Shown one piece after another: positions 29,204 to 38,861 of a stretch of DNA of 64,000 bases. A model generated the notes under the pieces. That model searched no databases. It was given only the letters and a program-made list of their open reading frames with translations, and was not told the DNA's origin. Both the position numbers and the translations under genes were made by a program. Every line of letters begins with the position of its first letter. Positions within the stretch are counted from its first letter, which is position 1. This DNA comes from a virus: IMG/VR virus record IMGVR_UViG_3300005253_000017, positions 39,841 to 103,840 of that record, one strand, 5' to 3'.

Positions 29204-29667
29204 TAGCAGGCATCCACGTCAAGTGTCTCGTTAGCGTCGTAGAGAAAAAAGACATCGTCTTCATCGTAAAATCCTGTTCCTATTTCCCCATCCGATAGGT
29301 CAGAGGGGACATCAAGAGGACCAAAAGCTGGACGCCTCTTAAGAGGGGTCATAGCAGAGCCTAGTTCCTCTCCCCCGGTGCTAATTGCCGTAGCAGGGAG
29401 GGTCCTTACTTGATAGGTCCGGTTACATTTAGTATCCTCGTCACCATCCGTTGATCCCCCATCTTGCCATACTCGTACAGCGAACATACCGTCAGTTGTT
29501 ACAGAGCTAAAGTCCGCCTTAATAAGAATCTCGCTGCCCGTGTAGTCAACCCTAATGCCGGGCGCGACGCCCTTAATCTGCTGGCGAACTGCCCTGACTA
29601 TGCGGTTGAGTTCGGCGGCCGAAAGTCTCTGCCCCCTCTGGAAGTCTGGTATTATCTCTTTGCCCAT
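29203..29667 (-). CDS. minor tail protein
   Basis: GQRLSAAELNRI N-terminus; synteny. Confidence 0.65.
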   Translation of the reverse strand: MGKEIIPDFQRGQRLSAAELNRIVRAVRQQIKGVAPGIRVDYTGSEILIKADFSSVTTDGMFAVRVWQDGGSTDGDEDTKCNRTYQVRTLPATAISTGGEELGSAMTPLKRRPAFGPLDVPSDLSDGEIGTGFYDEDDVFFLYDANETLDVDAC

Positions 29668-29671
29668 ATCA

Positions 29672-30496
29672 TTACCAATTGTCGGGGTTTAGATTGGTTG
29701 CGAAGTCATTCGTTCCATAAACCCTATTGCCGTCCTTGTTAATAATAAATTCCCATACTGACTCCCCCTTAAAGTGACTTACATCGCTAGTCTTATAGAC
29801 ATAGAAGAACTCATTCCATGTATGTAGTTGTTTGAATGCAAACTTATAGGTCAATTGGTGTATTTGGTTTCCCTCGGCATCAGCTCCCTCCTGAAGATCA
29901 GCCCCAAGAAAGAGTAATTTCTCTTTTCCATATACAAATCCCTTAATAGTTACATTGCCGGCATTCACCTTGCCCATAGAATCTAAGATGAGAGCTTTTC
30001 CGTTATTAGCTATAAGGCTATTTATCGTACCCATTACGGTGACGGTAGCTGTCGGAAATATCATCACTGCGGAAATATCAGTGTTACTGGTGATCTCCTT
30101 ACAGTCAGCAAATGCTGCGGCGTCAGAGAGCCTTAGCCCCTCGCCGATGGTAATGCCCTCGCCACCACCCTCCCAGTGCTCGTTCCAATTGTCCCAATTC
30201 TCATCCGGCTGCTTGGAACTACTGCCGAAGCCGCCATTGGGATCGGTATATATTACCGTAACCAGGGCGGTCTCAGGACCTCCGTCCGTGGTATCGGGAT
30301 CACCTAAGGGAGCAAATTCTACTCTCGTACATTCAAGATATGTATAGTCGGAATGGGTAAACCCAATAAGCGTCCGGCAGTCGGACCTTGTCTCCCAGTC
30401 GTGTGTATATACCTCCGTGACGCCAGAATTTTCGTTGCCGAACCGTTCCCTATACGATTGCCACTGCTTCGTCAGATTTGCTACATCAAAGGCCAT
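29672..30496 (-). CDS. tail tip/hub protein
   Basis: Immediately downstream of tape measure. Confidence 0.6.
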   Translation of the reverse strand: MAFDVANLTKQWQSYRERFGNENSGVTEVYTHDWETRSDCRTLIGFTHSDYTYLECTRVEFAPLGDPDTTDGGPETALVTVIYTDPNGGFGSSSKQPDENWDNWNEHWEGGGEGITIGEGLRLSDAAAFADCKEITSNTDISAVMIFPTATVTVMGTINSLIANNGKALILDSMGKVNAGNVTIKGFVYGKEKLLFLGADLQEGADAEGNQIHQLTYKFAFKQLHTWNEFFYVYKTSDVSHFKGESVWEFIINKDGNRVYGTNDFATNLNPDNW

Positions 30497-30505
30497 GTTT
30501 TCACC

Positions 30506-33139
30506 CTAAATAAGTACCATTCCTATTGCCACGTTTTCCGCTATTTTCTTTAACTCTTCTCGCATTTCTTTTTGAACTTCTAGTTGCTTCATTTGCGTAT
30601 TGTCCTTCAACAGAGCGGACTGGAGATTCTTATAGATATCTGTCAGACCAGTCCAACGACCGGCGGATGGCCCCTTTGACTCCTTTTCCTGTGCTCTCTC
30701 TCGTTCCTTTTGCAAATTAGCTGCCCAATTTAGCATCCCCTGTGCTTGAAGTTTCTGTCCCATGCCTATACCAAGAGACTCCCAAAACTTCTTCATCAAC
30801 TCTTTCCCAACCCTCGTTACCGCAGCTTTCTCCTCTGGCGTCTCAGCTAATTTCATAGCCCCGGCGACTCTTGATTGAATTTCCCACTTTTGTAAACCAA
30901 CCCCGGAAAGAACAAATCGATTCAATTGGTCTTTTCTATCCCTCTCTATCTCCTGTAGTTTTGCCCAACGAATTTCACCCAGCATCTTTGATTCATCATC
31001 CCATACCTGACGAGATACTTTCAGTTCCCCTGCCGTCTGAAGCTTTCTTACCCGTTTAAGCAACTCTTCTTGCGCTTTGAAATAATCTCTGTCCGCTCCA
31101 AGCCTAGCCGCCCCCCTTGTATCTCCTCTTGCTCCAGCCAACTGAATGCCGAGACCTCCCATCTTTTTATGGGAAACGAGAAGGGCCGTTCTCGCTATCG
31201 ATGCAAGTCTTACGGCCTCCTCCTGTTTCTTGAGCAACTCCAGGCGCTTCTTTTCCTGCTCAATCAGCTTATGGTTTTGATTAAGTTCCTCCCGTTTCTT
31301 ATTTATTATCTGCGCCAACACCACATTATTATCTACCAAGGCCCCCAGTGCTGCCCGATATCCGAGTAAGTCTGTTGTTCCTCCCCCACGGATTCCTCCA
31401 AAGTCCGCCCATTTTTGTATTTCAGCACGGATGGCCTCACCCCTCTTTTGAAGGGCTTCTACAATCATCTCAGACCCACCAGCTCCACCTGCTTCCCGAC
31501 CAGTGCCGAACAATGTACTAAATTCCTCTTTCAAAGACCTAATTTTTTCGTTGGTTGCAGCTGCAGCCTGGCCCATCTTTTGGAGTTCCGCAATTCGTTC
31601 TGCAGACCACTTGGCGGATTGACTTTCCGCGAATTTGGCAACTATCACAGCAATAATCGCTGCAATCCCAACCGGACCGGCAACGGTGCTCATTATCCCC
31701 GCTCCGCCAGCACCGGCTGCCAGACCACCGGCACTCGCGGCACCATAAGTTGCCATTCCAGGGACCGCACCACCAGTAACTGCCGCCGCTCCCCCGGCAA
31801 CAAACCCCTTGCCCGCCATCGCGGCTGCCCCAGGTCCCACACCAAGCATCATGTTTCTCTGCGCGATAGACGCGGCAATCGCCGACGTGGTATAGGCTAC
31901 ATTCGCAGTTGTTGCAGTTACAGTTGCTGCAGTCGCTTTAACCATAACCGCTGCAACCAACTTGAGCCCCAGAACCATCTTGTGAAGTCCTAATACTAAC
32001 AGAGATACTGCAGGAACAATAAGCACAAGCTGCTTCGCCCACTTAGGCAAAACACTCAACAGATCAAGTAATTTCTCCAGAAACTTGATAACAACCTTAA
32101 TGGCCGGAACGAATGCCTCTCCGAATTCTACGGCAACCAAACCCAATTGACTTTTCAACTGTTTCAAGTGGTGGGATAATGTATTTGTCGCTTTACCGAA
32201 CGCCTCTGAGGTCATCCCAGCCGCATTCTGCATTATCGACAGATCATAGGCATGTCCCTCTGCATCCTGCATCGCAGCCGCCACAGCCTTAATGCCTCGA
32301 ATGTTCGGGAACAACTTTGCTACCTGCTCGGCAGACAGTCCGTTCAATTCCTGGAATATCTTGACCAATCCCTTAGCTCGAAGTGCTGCCGTACTTAACT
32401 CAAAACCGAGCTGCTTCGCCAGCTTCGCTCCGTCTTCTGTCGGTTTTAAGAAGGCTCTAAGGACGCCGACTACGGCCGTCATGGCTTGGTGGGCGTTAAC
32501 ACCAGCACGGGTCACAGTTGCTATCGTGGCCAGCAATTCATCAAGGGACAGCCCCGTTGTCGCAGCAGTTGCAGCAACCATACCCAACGAAGATGCCAAT
32601 TCCTCAAACGTCAACTTGCCTCGCTTGACCGTGGCAAACAATTTATCAGAAACTATCGCCGCGTCATCGGCAGAAATCTGATAGGCATTCAAAACAGTCG
32701 TAATAACATCAGCGGAATTAGCAGTAGATGTAAAACCTGCCGCCGCCGCTCTTGATGCTACTCGCAAAACATCCAACGCTTTCTCAGGAGCAACCGACGC
32801 GGACAAAATATCATAGAGTCCCTTGGCCAACGTAGCTGTCGATTCCCCAAACTCTACCGACATATTCTTCAAGGCTTTTTGATATTGAGGCAGATGTTTC
32901 ATACTGCCTTCATCCAGCATCGTAGAAACCATGGCTACCTGTCGCTCAAACTTCGCATAGGCATAAACGGCTCCGGCAATGGCAGCGCCGGAAATCAAAA
33001 ACGCCCGGCGAGCTGTCGCTGCCATTTTGCCCATAACCATACTGGTTTTCTGGAGACGACTATGGAAAGAGGTCAGCTGGGCATTGATCTTGCCCAGACC
33101 AGTCTGTCTTACCTCAACATATAGGTCCGCAAGTTTCAT
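30506..33139 (-). CDS. tail tape measure protein (TP901-like core)
   Basis: 877 aa Ala-rich helical; FERQVAMVSTM, GLYDILSA, DKLFATVKRGKLTFEELA. Confidence 0.93.
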   Translation of the reverse strand: MKLADLYVEVRQTGLGKINAQLTSFHSRLQKTSMVMGKMAATARRAFLISGAAIAGAVYAYAKFERQVAMVSTMLDEGSMKHLPQYQKALKNMSVEFGESTATLAKGLYDILSASVAPEKALDVLRVASRAAAAGFTSTANSADVITTVLNAYQISADDAAIVSDKLFATVKRGKLTFEELASSLGMVAATAATTGLSLDELLATIATVTRAGVNAHQAMTAVVGVLRAFLKPTEDGAKLAKQLGFELSTAALRAKGLVKIFQELNGLSAEQVAKLFPNIRGIKAVAAAMQDAEGHAYDLSIMQNAAGMTSEAFGKATNTLSHHLKQLKSQLGLVAVEFGEAFVPAIKVVIKFLEKLLDLLSVLPKWAKQLVLIVPAVSLLVLGLHKMVLGLKLVAAVMVKATAATVTATTANVAYTTSAIAASIAQRNMMLGVGPGAAAMAGKGFVAGGAAAVTGGAVPGMATYGAASAGGLAAGAGGAGIMSTVAGPVGIAAIIAVIVAKFAESQSAKWSAERIAELQKMGQAAAATNEKIRSLKEEFSTLFGTGREAGGAGGSEMIVEALQKRGEAIRAEIQKWADFGGIRGGGTTDLLGYRAALGALVDNNVVLAQIINKKREELNQNHKLIEQEKKRLELLKKQEEAVRLASIARTALLVSHKKMGGLGIQLAGARGDTRGAARLGADRDYFKAQEELLKRVRKLQTAGELKVSRQVWDDESKMLGEIRWAKLQEIERDRKDQLNRFVLSGVGLQKWEIQSRVAGAMKLAETPEEKAAVTRVGKELMKKFWESLGIGMGQKLQAQGMLNWAANLQKERERAQEKESKGPSAGRWTGLTDIYKNLQSALLKDNTQMKQLEVQKEMREELKKIAENVAIGMVLI

Positions 33140-33351
33140 TCAGGTATCTTCGGTCCCTTCATTCCAGTCTTTCTATTGATATACTGACGTATCATTTCGG
33201 GGTTTCGTTTGATGCGTCCTTTACCCTCGCCCTTCATCATACTCTCTATTTCAAACACATCGCCTAGCCTGTCAGCAAACTGAGAGGGAGTCAACCCCAG
33301 AATGTGTTCCTCCGTATATCCTGGATAATAGTGGATCAACAGCGAGAACAC
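33136..33351 (-). CDS. tail assembly chaperone, frameshift (GT) segment
   Basis: Reached by -1 shift at A AAC CCT. Confidence 0.7.
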   Translation of the reverse strand: MFSLLIHYYPGYTEEHILGLTPSQFADRLGDVFEIESMMKGEGKGRIKRNPEMIRQYINRKTGMKGPKIPE

Positions 33352-33362
33352 ATAATCCCATC

Positions 33363-33788
33363 TTAAGGACTCACCTCTTCGTCCGGAGGGTTTACAGCAT
33401 CACCGGCCCCGATGCTTTGAACTACAGCAGAAACTTCCTCCAAGTTCTGCATGTCTACGAGTTCACTTACACCGTCTAGTGTAAGGTCGGGATGTTTTTT
33501 GCTGAGCGATTTCCACAGTAGAAACCTTACCCCATCCAGGGAGTTCATGTGTTGCTCTACCGCAAGGGGGTCCAACCCCTGTCTACAAAGTTCGATGATG
33601 ATTTCCTTGCGTTCTGCTACAGGCAAATCCTTTGCCTCCAACATAAATATATTGAGTTTTTCACTACGAATGTGTTTCTCAAAATCTGCAAGGTCGCCCA
33701 ACGTGATTGGACTAAATTCGTACTCCTTGCCCTTAATGGTAAGGGTTACACCCTTCCCGGCAGCATTTGCCAAACTATCCTCGGCCAT
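33363..33788 (-). CDS. tail assembly chaperone (G)
   Basis: Between tail tube and tape measure; slippery site near its end. Confidence 0.8.
   Translation of the reverse strand: MAEDSLANAAGKGVTLTIKGKEYEFSPITLGDLADFEKHIRSEKLNIFMLEAKDLPVAERKEIIIELCRQGLDPLAVEQHMNSLDGVRFLLWKSLSKKHPDLTLDGVSELVDMQNLEEVSAVVQSIGAGDAVNPPDEEVSP
33387..33393 (-). other. -1 programmed frameshift site AAACCCT
   Basis: In-frame A AAC CCT; -1 frame is open into 33136..33351. Confidence 0.75.
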
Positions 33789-33829
33789 TACTACACCTCA
33801 TATATTCGCTCTCCTAAGAGCAGCATTTA

Positions 33830-34480
33830 TTATGCACCAGCGCCAGTAGTCGTCTCAAACGACACAAGATCATCGCCCTGGAATGTCAACGTCTTTGTCA
33901 CTAATTCGCCCACAGGAACACTAGCACTAAGTCCGCTAATGTATCCCCAGCCCGTCAGGTAATCGGAGGTAGTGTCATTGAAGTAAAATTGAAGCACTAC
34001 CTTCTCATCAGTATCCATATAGAGACTGATAAGGTCCTCTTCGCCTTCCAACCAGTACCCTTCTGCTGTGCCTGTCCATCCCTTCAAGCCCGCCTTAAAC
34101 GTCCGCCAGCCCGAGCTGTCAAACTCGGTCGAGTCAAGTACATCGCACGTCAGGTCAACCGTCCAATTCGTGAACCCGCCTAGCGTAGTATGCGCGGCGA
34201 AATACGAATAGTCTCCCTGCACACGCCTACTGTCCGATACCGCGACTGTAAACGTTACCACGCCTCGCGGACTGATCTCATAATCCACATTGCGCACCAT
34301 GGTCGTATTGAGCACAGTATCACTCTGCCGGATAATTACGTTATCCCAATCGGGCATCGTGTTGTCCAAGTAAAACACCGTAGCCGAATCGTTACCCGTA
34401 CCAAGATTCTCATTGGATATAGGGGTCGTCACGTCCGATGCGATCTTAAACGCTCCCAAATAGCCTGTTACTGCGGCCAT
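33830..34480 (-). CDS. tail tube protein paralog 2 with inserted domain
   Basis: GWRTFKAGLKGWTGT shared with 34512..34895. Confidence 0.8.
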   Translation of the reverse strand: MAAVTGYLGAFKIASDVTTPISNENLGTGNDSATVFYLDNTMPDWDNVIIRQSDTVLNTTMVRNVDYEISPRGVVTFTVAVSDSRRVQGDYSYFAAHTTLGGFTNWTVDLTCDVLDSTEFDSSGWRTFKAGLKGWTGTAEGYWLEGEEDLISLYMDTDEKVVLQFYFNDTTSDYLTGWGYISGLSASVPVGELVTKTLTFQGDDLVSFETTTGAGA

Positions 34481-34511
34481 CTTTCCACCTCCTCCCGAGG
34501 TTTAGTTGTCA

Positions 34512-34895
34512 TTAGAACCTAGACAGGTCGCTAGTACCCTGGAACGTCACCGTCTGGGTCTGCACGCCATCCACGGCGACCGCCGGACTCCAGCCATTGC
34601 ATATGGCGTTCCCGGTTAAGCCCTCAGTCGTGTCACTGAAGTACAACCTCAGGACAGCCGTGCTGCCGACATCCGAGGGCTGAATCTTCTGGGTCGAGTC
34701 CACGTATAGCTCTATCGTCCCGGTCCACCCCTTCAAGCCAGCGGTAAAGTTCCTCCATCCTGTCGATGAAAAATTCGTGGTGTCCACCATGTCACCAGTC
34801 AGGTCCAAACTCCACGAATAACAATTGTAGGTCAGGTCGCTGTCGATGATAACACCGAAGTCAACCGTTCCCTTGTAGCCTGTTATTGCAGCCAT
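34512..34895 (-). CDS. tail tube protein paralog 1
   Basis: SWSLD..DTT..GWRNFTAGLKGWTGT..TFQGT. Confidence 0.82.
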   Translation of the reverse strand: MAAITGYKGTVDFGVIIDSDLTYNCYSWSLDLTGDMVDTTNFSSTGWRNFTAGLKGWTGTIELYVDSTQKIQPSDVGSTAVLRLYFSDTTEGLTGNAICNGWSPAVAVDGVQTQTVTFQGTSDLSRF

Positions 34896-34922
34896 CTTAC
34901 TCCCTCCTACTAATTAAACGAG

Positions 34923-35315
34923 TTAAACGTAACTCATCATGTAATCCGCTGTCATCATCCAGCAGTCCTCAAGCCTCACCGGGCCTGTGCTGCCCTCACG
35001 CGAGCACCCTATTGCGGTGTCGCTCTCATATACAATCACGGCCCTATCGAAGACAGAGACCAACTTGTCAAAAATACTTGTTATATAACTCGGCGATTGA
35101 TTCTTGTCGAAGATTGAAAACTGTACTATTGACTCGTCCCAGGAACTAGACAAGGCAAACGTGTTCATCTGCTCAGTGCTGATTACAGAGTAGACGACAT
35201 ATGGCATCGTCTTATCCTGGTTAGGAACGTATCCATAATAAACATCGCTGATGGCCGCATACAGGGCGGCGTCGCTTCGTACTTCCCTCAAAATTGCCCG
35301 TGTCAGATTCCTAAT
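34923..35315 (-). CDS. tail terminator/completion protein (start uncertain: ATT35315 or TTG35291)
   Basis: MPYVVY, VQFSIF; synteny. Confidence 0.78.
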   Translation of the reverse strand: MRNLTRAILREVRSDAALYAAISDVYYGYVPNQDKTMPYVVYSVISTEQMNTFALSSSWDESIVQFSIFDKNQSPSYITSIFDKLVSVFDRAVIVYESDTAIGCSREGSTGPVRLEDCWMMTADYMMSYV

Positions 35316-35781
35316 CCTTCATTCTCCTAGAAAATATCGCCATAATTGCTTTCTTGCTTTTGTGTAACGCCGGACGCATGAAAGGTCTCGCTGATTCTCT
35401 CTTTGATACCCCGGCCGCCTTTGCCATCTTCGGTGTTCCCAATTCCAAATGCTTGCCATAAAAAACATTTGTCCCCACCCTGGCTATCGGCAACGTGGGA
35501 TGCATCTCGTGAGTTATGCTTCGTCTCAATGTTCCTGTCTGCACTCGCGGGGGCTCGCCGGGCTTGGATGAATGACTGCCAATCTTACCCGGCCTCTTTC
35601 CCGTTCCCGGCTCCCTTCGCCTGCCTTCAATGGACTCCAGGAAACCGGAAGCAGTTCGGCCGCCCCGAACCATAAGGCCCTTGGCATTTTTCTCTACGAC
35701 CAGGGCGGCCTCGCGCACGCGTCTGCGAGCCTCATTTTGTATCTTAGAACTCACCTTGTTCCCATGCCATATCAGGGCCAT
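35311..35781 (-). CDS. HK97 gp10-like neck protein
   Basis: PGEPPRVQTGTLRRSI, VGTNVFYG.HLELGT, ARPFMRPA. Confidence 0.85.
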   Translation of the reverse strand: MALIWHGNKVSSKIQNEARRRVREAALVVEKNAKGLMVRGGRTASGFLESIEGRRREPGTGKRPGKIGSHSSKPGEPPRVQTGTLRRSITHEMHPTLPIARVGTNVFYGKHLELGTPKMAKAAGVSKRESARPFMRPALHKSKKAIMAIFSRRMKD

Positions 35782-36113
35782 TAGAGAGCCCCCTTCAGCT
35801 CTCGGGCTTCGATTTCTAAGTGGTGTCCCATCTTGTCAATGTTCCTCACTAGCGTTACATCGTATGTCTTGCCACCATAGACCAGCTGATTCTCTTCAAC
35901 GATGCTGTACGTTGCCGGGCAAAATACCTTTAGATTGACCTCCGTCCGCTCGCTGCCATACCGGATTGCCTCCGCTCCGCTCATCGGCTGGATGCGGCAG
36001 GGAACGTCGGTGTACTTCGTAGTCGTGGTGGTCGTCTGACCACCAAAGTCATCTGGAGTGAAAGTTATCGTCTGTACGTTCATCTTACTATTCATCAGGC
36101 TACGAAAGCTCAT
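35781..36113 (-). CDS. head closure (SPP1 gp16-like) protein
   Basis: DDFGGQ, VPCRIQP, YDVT..HHLEI. Confidence 0.82.
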   Translation of the reverse strand: MSFRSLMNSKMNVQTITFTPDDFGGQTTTTTTKYTDVPCRIQPMSGAEAIRYGSERTEVNLKVFCPATYSIVEENQLVYGGKTYDVTLVRNIDKMGHHLEIEARELKGAL

Positions 36114-36115
36114 GC

Positions 36116-37003
36116 TTAAAATCCCATAATGTACGATCTTTGGTACGGAGCCAATTTCATAGCTATCATATTACTCACTGAATCCTTACCAGAAGAGCTA
36201 AATATAGTATCTACACGGTCAGCAATTGTGTACGCATAGTCGCCCAGTTTTTCGCTGCGAAGCGATGCATCTTTCTGCGATAGGTCAAACAGGAACTTGA
36301 CCAATTCCAAAGCCGCGCTCTGTATCGGTTCCGGTATTTCGGCTCTCGCGTATCCGGCCCTATAGTCTACGAAGATATTCCTCCGCCCAGCTGTCCATAT
36401 ATACGGGTTATACAGTAGGGCCTGGTCGGCGTCATAAATCTCGTAGTCATCCTCACACTCCTGCGGTATCTCTAGGTCCACATATACGTTTCTGGCATCC
36501 CACGCGGGCCTGACAATCAGGTCGGCGCTGGAGAAGGCCCCATATGTGGAGAATACTGTACCCTCCCAGTCGGTCACCGCAGACACCGTTAAGGCCATGA
36601 GGTCCATCGTAACACTGTCGCTCATTACCAATGTATCAGTTGTCCATACCCCGCTCGTCACCGACCGAAGCCTGATGGAGTTTGAGGTCACACTTGCGGT
36701 CGCCCGCGAGCCTGTGCCCGTGTATCGCAACCTAAGAGCGTAGTTTGTATCCACGGATATCCGGTTGATCCACTGCAGCGGATAGTTCTTCAGGGCCAGC
36801 ATCTTATGTCCCCTACCAGAGTGGACCTCCTTGGTGTAGTCTTGTTCAGTAATGTCACAGCCGAGTTCCTTCTGAATCATCACGCACGCCTGCGTCACTA
36901 GGGCATCCAGTAACCTATCATTATCGGTCTCAGCCGCCGCAATATTCATATATCTCTTCGCATCGGCTAGGGAGACTAGGGCTTTTGTGCTGGGCACCGC
37001 CAT
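36116..37003 (-). CDS. head-tail connector with inserted domain
   Basis: LVSLADAKRYM, YRAGY..IPEPIQSA, SEKLGDYAY. Confidence 0.82.
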   Translation of the reverse strand: MAVPSTKALVSLADAKRYMNIAAAETDNDRLLDALVTQACVMIQKELGCDITEQDYTKEVHSGRGHKMLALKNYPLQWINRISVDTNYALRLRYTGTGSRATASVTSNSIRLRSVTSGVWTTDTLVMSDSVTMDLMALTVSAVTDWEGTVFSTYGAFSSADLIVRPAWDARNVYVDLEIPQECEDDYEIYDADQALLYNPYIWTAGRRNIFVDYRAGYARAEIPEPIQSAALELVKFLFDLSQKDASLRSEKLGDYAYTIADRVDTIFSSSGKDSVSNMIAMKLAPYQRSYIMGF

Positions 37004-37356
37004 CAGACAATCGCCTCCTGTACATGAACCGTAATATCCTTCGTGTAATTCACCTTGTCATTCGCATCTGACACCCAGAACTCACCCACGAATATCCCGT
37101 AGTTATCGCTGAATGGAACCCAGTCGGCAGTCGTTATGGTAATCGTGACTATGCCCGAAGTGTCGCTGGCGGATATATTGTCCGAGCCAACCCCACTAGT
37201 ATCCCGTATCATATATCGCTGCGAGGCTCCCTCGTCTGTCCGCAGCCAGAATTTGGTGCGGGAGTCCACGAGATTCAATGCGGTATTATCGGTATCAGAT
37301 AGCGTTATCTGCCAACTCCTCGTATCGCCCTTCTTCAATATCAAATCAACGGCCAT
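37003..37356 (-). CDS. BppU-N-like virion protein
   Basis: LKKGDT..ITL.D...LNL..GIVTITIT.AD; 5 SD. Confidence 0.62.
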   Translation of the reverse strand: MAVDLILKKGDTRSWQITLSDTDNTALNLVDSRTKFWLRTDEGASQRYMIRDTSGVGSDNISASDTSGIVTITITTADWVPFSDNYGIFVGEFWVSDANDKVNYTKDITVHVQEAIV

Positions 37357-38861
37357 TAACTGGTCACCGCCTTTGTCTTCGTAGTAGTCAAAATCCCACT
37401 GGTTATCCCGGTCGTACTCCTAGTCCCACTACTCATGCTCAGAACCGACGAAGTTATCCACTGGCTCATGGTCTCCGCAGCTATCGCAACCACAGCGGTC
37501 GCCAGTAAACTCCTAATTTCTTCGTCGTTGGCCATCGTATCGCCGACATTTGTTGCAATCGCGGCGGCAACAACATTGCGGATACTCTCCACAAACGCGG
37601 CGGTCTCGGCGGAAATCCTGACAGTCCCGGTTGCTTGAGAGGCTAGCACACCCTCTATCCAACCGTATGTCTCGCCAGTTGTGGATATTTTAGCAGCCGC
37701 CTTGAGGGAATAAATAATCTGGGCGACTGACAGGTTATCAACCGATATCCTAGCAATCGCGGATGCGACTGACTGAATTACCTGTTCATCTGCGGAAAGA
37801 ATACCGATGGGAGCACTGGCAATCGCAGAGGCTTGTGCAGCCCGTATGCCTTCGACAAAGACCAGTAATTCTGCGATAATGGTATTGATTTTTGCTGTGG
37901 CCGGGACGGACGAAACACCCTCTACCATCACTTGGAGTTCTTCGATGCTGTATATTTTTCCGACGGTGGTAATTGTGTTGATTGTCTCAACCGCAGCATG
38001 AATGTCACTGGACAACCGAACTATTGAAGAAGCTATCGCAGACCGAACAGCTTCAGCCATGGCCTGAATGTCCGTCGTTAATCGCACAACACCGGAAACC
38101 TGGGCTGACCGAACAGCTTCAAGGAATACGCTCTGCTCCTCGGCCATTGAGACAATAGCGGTCGCCTTGGAAGACAATATCTCCACGGCAGCAGAAAGAA
38201 TTTGAGTAACCAAGCTGACTATCGCTGTAGCTTTGGCATTCTCTACACCCTCAGCCATCGCTTGGGTCTCGGCAGTGGGAAGTCTGACCGGAGAATCCGT
38301 AAGTTCTGCTATCAGAGTTTGCACATAAGTAATAGCAACTTCTATGATGCTTGCTATCGCCGAGGCATTGGTGGTCTTAACACCTTCCGTAGCAGCGAGA
38401 ATCTCAGCCAGCTTAGAAGCAATCGCGAATGCCTTAATAGATTCGACGCCTTCTACATTGATCAGGGCTTCCGATAACTTAATGACTGTTGCCGTCGCTT
38501 TGGCAGATTCAACGTCTTCAATGAAGGCCCAAACCTCGGAAATCAGCGAAGCAATGGCAGTCGCCTTGGCATTTTTGATGCCCTCTACATTGATTAGGGC
38601 CTCTGCCAATTTGCTGGCGATGGCGGTTGCTTTGTCCGACAACACTCCCTCAATATTTGCTAAAGCCTCGGCCAGCTTGGCTATAATCGATGTAGCCTTG
38701 CTAGAAAGAACGCCCTCAATGTACTCCGTCCCCCCGGCAACCACCACGGCAGGAAAACCCGCCGTTATATAAAACGTATTGTCAGCAGCGCCGGGAGACT
38801 GCCCAGAGTCCTTAGCAACCGCTAATCCAGCCGTGATGTAATATTTATTCACCGCCGCCAT
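37356..38861 (-). CDS. fibre-like protein with ~22-aa repeats
   Basis: EGVLSSKATSIIAKLAEALANI-type units; start at TGATG overlap. Confidence 0.7.
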   Translation of the reverse strand: MAAVNKYYITAGLAVAKDSGQSPGAADNTFYITAGFPAVVVAGGTEYIEGVLSSKATSIIAKLAEALANIEGVLSDKATAIASKLAEALINVEGIKNAKATAIASLISEVWAFIEDVESAKATATVIKLSEALINVEGVESIKAFAIASKLAEILAATEGVKTTNASAIASIIEVAITYVQTLIAELTDSPVRLPTAETQAMAEGVENAKATAIVSLVTQILSAAVEILSSKATAIVSMAEEQSVFLEAVRSAQVSGVVRLTTDIQAMAEAVRSAIASSIVRLSSDIHAAVETINTITTVGKIYSIEELQVMVEGVSSVPATAKINTIIAELLVFVEGIRAAQASAIASAPIGILSADEQVIQSVASAIARISVDNLSVAQIIYSLKAAAKISTTGETYGWIEGVLASQATGTVRISAETAAFVESIRNVVAAAIATNVGDTMANDEEIRSLLATAVVAIAAETMSQWITSSVLSMSSGTRSTTGITSGILTTTKTKAVTS

